Part shown: in pieces, positions 11,821-19,932 of the stretch
Layout: every line of letters begins with the position of its first letter
Numbering within the stretch: the first letter of the stretch is position 1
From: an uncultured Phycisphaerales bacterium
GTDB taxonomy: Bacteria > Planctomycetota > Phycisphaerae > Tepidisphaerales > Tepidisphaeraceae
Length of the DNA stretch: 64,000 nucleotides
Direction of reading: 5' to 3'
NCBI GenBank assembly: GCA_963788015.1
Contig: CAWBEY010000001.1
Span: 128,359-192,358, forward strand
Made by a program: the position numbers and the translations under genes
Notes under the pieces: model-generated
The model's database searches: none
Seen by the model: only the letters and a program-made list of their open reading frames with translations
What the model was told of the DNA's origin: nothing

Positions 11821-12191
11821 CCACGTGACGCATTGCCACCGCCGCAACTTCCGTCACGCGGGCCTTTGCTCGCGCATTCCCCAATGATCAATTGTCCAAC
11901 AGCTTGTTGAACAATCTCCTTGGGGCGAGCATTTCGTAGATGGCATGTTGGTTGTCGGGTTAGTCGGTTAAGGTATACTCGCCGTGCCTTCGGTTTGGCG
12001 CAAGGGCTTTGGAGACTACAATCCCGAAGCTCTAGATAGTTCCTTTTTTAGTCGAGAGTGCTGCCGTTGGCAGACGTCGCTGACAACCAGCGAAAAAGGT
12101 TTACCCCTAATGGCCTTCCATTTTCCGCGATTGGTGGAGCTATCTAGAATAAAATCCCCCGTTCACCTGCCAGCGACAGGACGAGTTCCAA

Positions 12192-13405
12192 ATGGAAAAT
12201 AAAGTGTTCGCAGAATCCGATAGCGGAATTGAGATTCCTTTGGAGGAAATCACTTCCGGAGGAACCGGCAGCGGCCTTGAAGCTGAACGGTCTACTGAAG
12301 ATGGCAACATATTGGCACCATTCGACCCCGCCAAAATTGATGTCATTACGCAAGCGCGTACCGTGGATCTATTACTACGCGCCTAAAGGAAGGCGAACTT
12401 GATCTGTCACCGGATTTCCAACGCCGGAGCAACCTCTGGGGTGATTCTACAAAAAGTGCCCTTATCGAATCGATACTTCTTCGAATCCCGATCCCATCCC
12501 TATATGTTGCCGAGGACGAAGGCGGCGATTACACAGTGGTCGATGGGCTCCAGAGACTCTGCGCAATTGCTCATTTCGTAAATGTCGAAGCACTCAATAA
12601 GGCGGTTAAACGGGAGCTAAACCCACTGCGACTCAGAGAGCTCCAGTCATTTTTTGAATTCAATGGAAAGGCGTTCGGCGAACTTCCGCGACCTCTGCAA
12701 CGCCGAATTAATGAGACAGAACTCACATTGCATATCATTAGAGCCGGAACTCCGCCGGCGGTAAAATTCAACATATTTTCCCGAATCAACCGTGGCGGCC
12801 TCCCACTTACTGCCCAAGAAATTCGCAACGCGATCTATGTGGGCGATTGGAAAAACCATGTTCGTTCGCTCGCAGAAAGTTCAGAATTCAAAACCGCGAC
12901 GCAAGGAAAAATTAAGGGCGAACGGATGGAAGATTTGGAACTCATTCTACGGTTTGTGGCTAGCTACGCACAATCCGATGGCAAGACACGACCTCCGGAT
13001 CAAAACCTCGATGATTTCTTAAACGATTTTGTCGAAAAAGAGTGCACCGGGTGGTCCGTTGAACGATGGCGATCTGTGATCTCCGCATTTAAGAGGGCGA
13101 TGGAATTCGCACCGAAGGTATTTGGAGCAATGGCATTCAGAAAGTATTCTGCCCCAGGTGAATACCGGCGACCGATCAACCGAGGATTGTTTGAAACGGA
13201 ATCCGTGACACTGGCAAGACGCACACCCGAGGAACTTGTTAAACTGTCAGGCCGTTCGCAGCGTGTGATCGAGGCGTTTGGACGCGAATTTAAGAGCGAC
13301 AAGAACTTCCAAGATGCTCTTCTCTATGCCACAGGGAAGGGAGCGGCAAGTAACAAGCGGCTCGATGTAATGGAACAAATTTTTGCACAGGTGCTGAATG
13401 ATTGA
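12192..13405 (+). CDS. DUF262 (ParB/Srx-like NTPase-nuclease superfamily) protein; a single missing base near 12378 splits it into two ORFs
   Basis: After frame correction it reads ...FDPAKIDVITQARTVDLLLRRLKEGELDLSPDFQRRSNLWGDSTKSALIESILLRIPIPSLYVAEDEGGDYTVVDGLQRLCAI..., which carries the DUF262 'FQR...W' and 'DGxQRL' motifs. It sits in a low-GC island. Confidence 0.7.
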
Positions 13406-14542
13406 GCACATTCATCTCCAGAACTTCAAGGCGAGCCGCGACGTGGCCATAAGGATCGCCCCATTAACCGTCTTAGCGGGTTTGAATAGTTCTGGTAAGA
13501 GTTCCATTCTTCAGGCGATTGCCCTTCTTAGACAAAGCTATGGAATAGCTGCTCACGCAAACAGCCTACTTCTCGGTGGCGATCTTATCCAATTGGGCCA
13601 TGGCCGAGATGTGCTCAGCGAAGGCGCAGATGTTGCAGATGATGTGATTATCTTCACCATGCGCGACGGCGGGACCGAGTATCGTTGGAGTTGCCCAACT
13701 GCGGCAGACGCTACCGAATTGGAATTCCGCGATAAGCCTGATCAGCTGCCCGCCTTCATCCGCTCGTCGAATTTTCAATTCCTTCAAGCGGGCCCGCGTA
13801 ACCCCCTCGCCTCTCTATCCGCAAGCACCACAGCATGCTCGTGCGAGTGGATTTCTAGGACCCCGCGGCGAATATACGGCGGATTATTTGGCGATGAATG
13901 CGGACAAACTTGCCTTCGAAACAAGATTTGCCGCATGTGCGGGCTCATTGACTCCTGTTGATCCGGAACTACTCAGCATGGTTTCCCCGACCAAAAAGCT
14001 TATTGACCAGGTTGCCGGATGGTTGCAATACTTGAGTCCCGGTGCACGGCTCAGAGCGGAAAGAGTAACAGGAACAGACAATGTCATGTTGCAGTACAAC
14101 TTTGTTGGACGCGCACGCGAACTTGCTACCAACCAATACAGACCTACTAATGTCGGATTCGGCTTGACATATAGCCTTCCCATTGTAGTTGCTTGTCTGG
14201 CGGCCACCGAAGGATCATTGTTAATGCTTGAAAATCCGGAGGCGCATCTTCACCCCCAGGGACAGGTCGCATTAGGTGAATTATTGGCCTTAGCCAGCGC
14301 AGATGCGAGTCCAAATCATCGTGGAGACTCATAGTGACCACCTTCTTAACGGTCTTCGGTTGTCGGTAAAGAGCGGGCGGTTGAATCCTGCGGAGGTTGC
14401 TCTGCATTTCTTTGGTCGTCCGACTGAAACTGGCGAGTCGTCGGTGCAATCACCATCGATGCTCCCCGGCGGGCGCCTTTCAAATTGGCCGGAAGGATTT
14501 TTTGACCAGTGGGACAACAGCTTAGATGCACTAATTGATTAG
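13398..14542 (+). CDS. ABC/SMC-like AAA ATPase with a DUF3696-like C-terminus, two frameshifts. Overlaps the upstream gene by ATGATTGA (translational coupling).
   Basis: Walker A MIEHIHLQNFKASRDVAIRIAPLTVLAGLNSSGKSSILQAI. Walker B/D-loop LLMLENPEAHLHPQGQ. H-loop IIVETHSDHLLNGLRL. Tail ...WPEGFFDQWDNSLDALID. Confidence 0.7.
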
Positions 14543-14876
14543 GAAGCTATGCGCTCGCCTGTCATCTACATTAATGAATTGTCGTTTGCATTCGACGGTT
14601 TTCCAGCTCGAGGAGATCCGGCCTCATGTTGAGAGCGCTTTTGCTGCCATTCACGCTGCCGTTCGCATCCGCCCAAAGACAATATTGAAACTCTCACAAC
14701 CTCTTGGAAGCCTTGCGCTCGGCAATGGACAGTTCACGCTTGCTATGATATTTCCAGGCAAGAACAACGAGTTAAGCAGTTTAAAGCGCCAGTTCTGGAC
14801 CGTGCGCCATGCAATTCATTGGCAGGAGCACTCGACTCAGAAATCCGTTATGACAATCAAATTCCCATTGGGATGA
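14535..14876 (+). CDS. hypothetical protein (TTG start overlapping the ATPase stop); no recognisable domain
   Basis: 113-aa ORF in the low-GC island. Its start TTGATTAG overlaps the upstream stop. Confidence 0.2.
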   Translation: MIRKLCARLSSTLMNCRLHSTVFQLEEIRPHVESAFAAIHAAVRIRPKTILKLSQPLGSLALGNGQFTLAMIFPGKNNELSSLKRQFWTVRHAIHWQEHSTQKSVMTIKFPLG

Positions 14877-15354
14877 GCTGGGCTGACCATGATGCCTCGT
14901 TTGTGCTCAGTTTCGGCTATTCCGTACCATGGTCAGCTACCGCGATCCAAGCACAACGTCATCAACTTGATCAGCAATGCAATCTCGTCGTTCAAAACGT
15001 AGACGTTAATAATATCGCCGTTCCGGGTCACGCAGAGCACTGGCGTTGGCGATTGGAAGAATATGGCAAGGAACCGGCGAGTTCCTCGCTATTATATCGA
15101 GGAAACCAGTTCGTGATCAGAATGCATCTGAATGACCACGATCCACCACATCTGCATATATACCCGCATTCTAACGACACTAACGAGTGCCTCGCCAAGA
15201 TTCGCATTGACAACGGCGATCTTCTCGAAGGCAAGCTGTCTTCCGCTATGGCAGAGAGATTTCCGAATTGATCGCCTCGAATAGACAAGTACTATCAGAA
15301 GGCTGGGACCGATGTAAGCACGGTCAGCTCCCATACGCAATTGAGGAACAATAG
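14819..15354 (+). CDS. ORF with a C-terminal DUF4160-like domain (start uncertain; frameshift near 15268)
   Basis: ...LLYRGNQFVIRMHLNDHDPPHLHIYPHSNDTNECLAKIRIDNGDLLEGKL matches the DUF4160 core ('NDHxPPHxH'). The C-terminal continuation LIASNRQVLSEGWDRCKHGQL lies in the +2 frame. Confidence 0.35.
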
Positions 15355-15446
15355 GAAGTATCCCGAGATGCTACACTTTCACCACTTGTCATCATCCGAC
15401 TACGCGGGTACGAAAGCGATTGTCGCTCACTGTGCCAGCATGTCCA

Positions 15447-15692
15447 TCATCGATGCCGGTTCACCCTAACCCCCTCCCGATGCGTCCCAAAATCAAACGC
15501 CATATCCCCAAAATCCAGCGGCGCATCCGCCCGATGATGGTTCGTGCATAAAAGCGCCAAATTCCCCAGCGCATCCTCCCCGCCCCGGCTCAGCCAAACA
15601 ATATGATGCGCCTCGCAAATCGAATCCGCATAGACCGCCCGCGGATCCCACAGACAAAGCTGGCACTTCCAATCCCGCGTCAGGAAGCGCAA
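15447..15692 (-). CDS. small HNH endonuclease (TTG start)
   Basis: CQLC...EAHHIVWLSRGGEDALGNLALLCTNHHR is a complete C-x2-C / HH / N / C-x2-HH HNH motif set within about 81 aa. Confidence 0.5.
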   Translation of the reverse strand: MRFLTRDWKCQLCLWDPRAVYADSICEAHHIVWLSRGGEDALGNLALLCTNHHRADAPLDFGDMAFDFGTHREGVRVNRHR

Positions 15693-16001
15693 GGAAACGC
15701 AGCAGCGTTGTCACGTACTCGCGACCGCAGCGCAGCGAAGTCCTGTAGCACTCCGGCCCCGCGCAGCGGGGCGACGCCCAAACCTAAACGATCGAGAAAG
15801 GAAGCCCGCCCCGCAACCGCGGCCTAGTCATGGAATCGCGAACACTCCTTCAAATCCCGTCAATGTAATCGACCAAGAAGCCATGCGCCTGCGCTTTCGC
15901 CAGGATGTCATGAGAAAGGCAATCCCATTGTGAGGCCCCACAATCTACCCCTCCACGAAGCTCTCGATTCCGCGTCTTACCTGTCCAGGACAAGACATCG
16001 T

Positions 16002-16793
16002 CTATCCGCGGGTGAGGGGGCGCCGCCGCCGCAGGGTGATCAGGGCGCCGACGGCCATTAAACCCATGCTTGCGGGTTCGGGGACGGGAGAGACGGAAAT
16101 GGAGTTGGTGCTGGTGAGGTTGAAGTTGTCGAACTCGGCGCCCCACGTTCCGCCGCTGGGACCGTTCAGATAGGTAAAGAGGCCAAAGCGAGTCGGGGTG
16201 GCGCCAGAGAAGTCGGGGATAGCTGGGCCGGTGTCGTTGACGATAGGAACGAAATTGCCCGAATTGAAGGTCCCGTTGAGCGTCTTGGTTTGCCAGACGT
16301 TGGTGCCGACGACGCTATCGGCGCTGGAGTGGTAGTAATGGCCATTCTGCTCCATGAGCAATGCGACGCCATCAATTTCGTCGCCGGGATCGGTGGCGGG
16401 ATCAGCGTGGTAATCAAAGGTCAAAGTGAAGTTGCCGCTGAGGGGGTCGGTGGTGGCGAAAAATGGATCGAAATTGGCGGCCTCTACTTCACCGCCGTCG
16501 TGCCGGAAATGAAGGTCGGAGGCCATGGCGCCCGGATTGCCGCCGGAGACGATTGGAGTGAACTGATGGGTGGAGGTGGCACCAGGCGCCTGCTGGGTGA
16601 CGGAAGTCCAGGTGCTGAAGTTGCCTTCAGATAGGATCGTGCCCGCGCTGGCAGTCTGGAAGGCGGTGATTGCGTCAGCGCACCACCAACAAGGCACAGG
16701 CGGTGCCTGAATTTCGGTCCGGACATAGTTTTCTCCTCCAGCGATTTCGAAGAACCTCTCGCAGGACTTTTGCGGCCTGGCGAGCACATCCAT
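16002..16793 (-). CDS. PEP-CTERM sorting-domain protein (N-terminus and start uncertain)
   Basis: C-terminus ...SVSPVPEPASMGLMAVGALITLRRRRPLTRG is a PEP motif, then a TM helix, then an Arg cluster. Confidence 0.6.
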   Translation of the reverse strand: MDVLARPQKSCERFFEIAGGENYVRTEIQAPPVPCWWCADAITAFQTASAGTILSEGNFSTWTSVTQQAPGATSTHQFTPIVSGGNPGAMASDLHFRHDGGEVEAANFDPFFATTDPLSGNFTLTFDYHADPATDPGDEIDGVALLMEQNGHYYHSSADSVVGTNVWQTKTLNGTFNSGNFVPIVNDTGPAIPDFSGATPTRFGLFTYLNGPSGGTWGAEFDNFNLTSTNSISVSPVPEPASMGLMAVGALITLRRRRPLTRG

Positions 16794-17170
16794 TGGATCA
16801 GTTCAGCCTCTCCAAATGCGTCCCAATGACTTAAAAGGCTCGAGTGCCCCGCGCGTCGCCGAACGAACCCATCCATTCATGGAGAATAGTAGCGCCCGTC
16901 CGATAATGCAAGGGAATCACAAGAAATTTCAGCAATATTCTTGGACGCGCCAGATGTGGTCTAAAAGCAAGCAGGATCGGCGTTGACTTACAAAGTGTTC
17001 CAATCCAGCCGCGCGTCAACTTCTCAACGTTTCAACCGCCAACCGCCAAGCAGAGCCAGCAAAGCCACTTCTCCCCCTAAACCAAAATGAAAGTAAACTT
17101 TCTAATTGACTCGCCCTTCCACTCCTGATAGGCTAATGTTAGCTTCCGTTACAGAAGCTCCGGCCAGCCA

Positions 17171-17200
17171 AAAAGGAGGGAACAAACCCCCTCCCCAAAG
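17171..17200 (-). terminator. Rho-independent terminator on the minus strand
   Basis: On the minus strand, GGAGGG-GTTTGTT-CCCTCC followed by TTTTT. Confidence 0.4.
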
Positions 17201-17240
17201 CCTGCCGCAGTGTTCTTTCACAAGTGGATAGCCCTAGCAG

Positions 17241-17345
17241 ATTCGAAAATCGAACCTTCAAAAGCGGTAGCTTTCCGCAGTAATCGAACCTTCAAAAGCG
17301 GTAGCTTTCCGCAGATTCGAAATCGAATCTTCAAAAGCTCCAACC
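17241..17345. repeat. tandem direct repeat, about 2.7 copies of a 32-34 bp unit (atcgaaccttcaaaagcggtagctttccgcag)
   Basis: Bases 17249-17280 and 17283-17314 are identical. A third, degenerate copy follows. Each unit contains the small hairpin AAAGC-ggta-GCTTT. Confidence 0.7.
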
Positions 17346-17886
17346 CCGGATGCACATCCGGGGCTCACTCCAACTCCCCCGTTTCGTCATTCCCTCATTT
17401 TCATTGCGAGTGGCACGGGCGCCCCGCGCCCCGCCCGTTTCCGCAAGCACCATAACAAAACAAACCCAAACCCCCCATCACCGACCGCCCAGTCTCCTCC
17501 CCGACTCCACAACAAATCCTCTCTTCCTCCGTGCCTCGGTGACTCCGTGGTGAAAGAATTCGACCCTGTCGAAGCGGGGAGATTCCGGGGAGAAAGGGGG
17601 GAGATTTCACGTCGAAAAGAGGGAGCAACGGGGGAGAAAAGAGGGAGATTCCGGGGGCGGTTTGGGGGCGGTTCTTTCCAGCGTTTTTGCCCTAACCCCT
17701 TGTCAATCCTCAATCCCCTTCCCCCAACTCAAATTGAGCCTTCAAAAAAACAACGCAAATGACACGAACCGGGACATTGGCAATGGCTCACGAGCCAACA
17801 TCCTTCACCATCCCTCCCTCCTCACCGCCCCCCGGCCAGGCACGCAAAGACCCCCAATCCCGCGTCTGTCAATGCTTTCTCCTCTT

Positions 17887-19351
17887 CTTACTTTCCCCCG
17901 CCCGGGCGGTGGTGGTGCCAGGTGGTGTTGGATTGGTAGAGGTTGGCGATTTGGAGCAGGTGGGCGTCGGTGAAGGGGGGCCGAGGAGTTGGAGGCCGAT
18001 GGGGAGGTTGGGCCGGTGGAGAAGCCGCAGGGGAGGCTGAGGCCGGGGATGCCGGCGATGTTGCAGGTGACGGTGAAGACGTCGCAGAGGTACATCTGCG
18101 AGGGGGTCGTCGGTTTTTTCGCCGAACTTGAAGGCGGGGGTGGGGCTGGTGGGGCAGAGCGATGGCGTCGCAGTGATTGGAAGGCGTTGTCGAAGTCCTG
18201 TTTGATCAGGGCGCGGAGCTTTTGGGCCTGGAGGTAGAAGTTGTCGTCGTAGCCGGCGGAGAGGGCGTAGGTGCCGATCATGATGCGGCGTTTGACTTCG
18301 GCGCCGAAGCCTTCGGCGCGGGAGGTGGCGTAGAGGTCGATGATGTCGCTGGCCGGGACTTGGTGCGGTGGCCGAAGTGGACGCCGTCGTAGCGGGCGAG
18401 GTTGGAGGAGGCTTCGCAGGGGGCGATGACGTAATAGGCGGCGATGCCGTACTGGGTGTTGGGGAGGGAGACGTCGACGAGCTCGGCGCCCAGCTCCTGG
18501 TATTTGTGCGATGGCGGCGTGGACGGCGGCTTTGACTTCGGGCGTCGATGCCCTGGCGTGAGTGTATTCTTCGGACGATGCCGATGCGCAGGCCTTTGAG
18601 GGGCTGTCGAGGTCGGCGAGGTAGTCGGGGACGTCGCGGGGGACGCTGGTGGAATCTTTGGGGTCGTGGCCGGCGATGACGTTGAGCAGGAGGGCGGCGT
18701 CTTCGACGGTCAGGCCGAAGGGGCCGATCTGGTCGAGGGAGGAGGCGAAGGCGACGAGGCCGTAGCGGGAGACGCGGCCGTAGGTGGGTTTGAGGCCGAC
18801 GATGCCGCAGAGGGAGGCGGGCTGGCGGATGGAGCCGCCGGTGTCGGAGCCGAGGCCGCCGAAGCACCAGGCGGGCGGCCAGAGCGGCGGCGCTGCCGCC
18901 GGAGGAACCGCCGGGGACGCGGGTGGTGTCCCAGGGATTTGTGGTGGGGCCGAAGGCGGAGTTTTCGGTGGAGGAGCCCATGGCGAATTCGTCGAGGTTG
19001 GTCTTGCCGAGGATGACGGCGCCGGCGGCTTCGAGCTTTTGGACGACGGTGGCGTCGTAGGGGGCGTGGAAGTTTTCGAGCATTTTGCGAGGAGCAGGTG
19101 GTGGTGCCGAAGGTGGTGCAGATGTTGTCTTTGAGGGCGATGGGGACGCCGGCGAGAGGGCCGGTGCGAAGGCCGTTGTCAACGTCGCGGGCCTGTTCGA
19201 GGGCGCGGTCGGGGAAGGTGCTGTTGAAGGCGTGAATTTGGGGGTCGAGGTTCTGGATGCGGTCGAGCGATTGGCGGATGAGTTCGACGGCGCTGATTTG
19301 TCTGGAGCGAAGAGCGTCGCGCGCGGCGAGGAGGGTGTCGAAGGCAAGCAT
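17887..19351 (-). CDS. gatA: Glu-tRNA(Gln) amidotransferase subunit A, multiple frameshifts
   Basis: N-terminus [27 protein letters not shown]...[13 protein letters not shown]-terminus ...[30 protein letters not shown], ...[15 protein letters not shown], ...[23 protein letters not shown]. The last needs G7, but the run at 17974-17979 is G6. Confidence 0.85.
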
Positions 19352-19435
19352 GGCGGGGAGGAAGGTACGGAATGGGGGGGGGAAAGTAAAACGAGGGGCG
19401 GTGACTCTGGTGCGGATGGTGTTGGATTTGGTTAT

Positions 19436-19753
19436 TCAGCCGGAGGAATCTTCGTCGGCGCCGATGATTTTGGGGACCTTGAAAAAAGGACCGTCGGTTT
19501 CGGGGGCGTTTTGGAGGACTTTGTCCAGGGGGAGGCTGGGCTCGACGACGTCTTCGCGGAGGACGTTGTGGAGGGGGAGAGCGTGAGCGAGAGGCTCGAC
19601 GCCGGTGGTGTCGATCTGGCTGATTTGATCGACGTAGTGGAGGATGGATTCGAGCTGGTCGGCGAACCTGGCGGTCTGATCTTCGGTGAGGGCGAGCCTC
19701 GCTAATTTAGCGACGTGGCGGACCTGATCGGGGGAGACTTTTTGGTGTGGCAT
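19436..19753 (-). CDS. gatC: Glu-tRNA(Gln) amidotransferase subunit C
   Basis: MPHQKVSPDQVRHVAKLARLALTEDQTARFADQLESILHYVDQISQIDTTGVEPL... Confidence 0.8.
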   Translation of the reverse strand: MPHQKVSPDQVRHVAKLARLALTEDQTARFADQLESILHYVDQISQIDTTGVEPLAHALPLHNVLREDVVEPSLPLDKVLQNAPETDGPFFKVPKIIGADEDSSG

Positions 19754-19932
19754 GATGGGTGTGGCGTTTGTACTGCAAGGGTGGCGAGGGGTAAAGTTGG
19801 AGCGAATGAAAAGATCTGGCGAACAGACTGGAATCTGGAACGAGGGTGGGGGGTCGCTGGGGTAGTCGGGAGAACGGTGCTTTCCTTTTAATGATCGCAG
19901 CACCGCCCCGCCCTGCTCTGTTCCACCGAATA

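Noticed and set aside
11828-12192. tRNA gene as the island integration site downstream of thrC
   Set aside because: No cloverleaf-compatible sequence or GTTCGAATCC-type T-loop was found in the region.
15272-15446. DUF2442 partner gene expected after DUF4160
   Set aside because: The only ORF there (MLHFHHLSSSDYAGTKAIVAHCASMSIIDAGSP, 33 aa) does not resemble DUF2442.
17241-17345. Possible CRISPR array or tRNA-like elements in the 32-bp tandem repeats (a GGTTCGATT motif on the minus strand)
   Set aside because: The repeats are separated by only 2 bp, with no spacers, so this is not a CRISPR. The GGTTCGA motif lacks flanking T-stem, acceptor or anticodon structure, so it is not a tRNA.
17540-17600. 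tmRNA-like 'GAATTCGAC' motif
   Set aside because: Only the AUUCGAC heptamer matches the tmRNA 5' consensus. There is no GGGG acceptor start, no following GGG, and no 3' tRNA-like T-arm/CCA region nearby.
17869-19347. 492-aa ORF on the minus strand with a low-complexity Pro/Arg-rich translation
   Set aside because: It is a mis-framed read-through of gatA. The real GatA sequence switches between frames at the indel sites.
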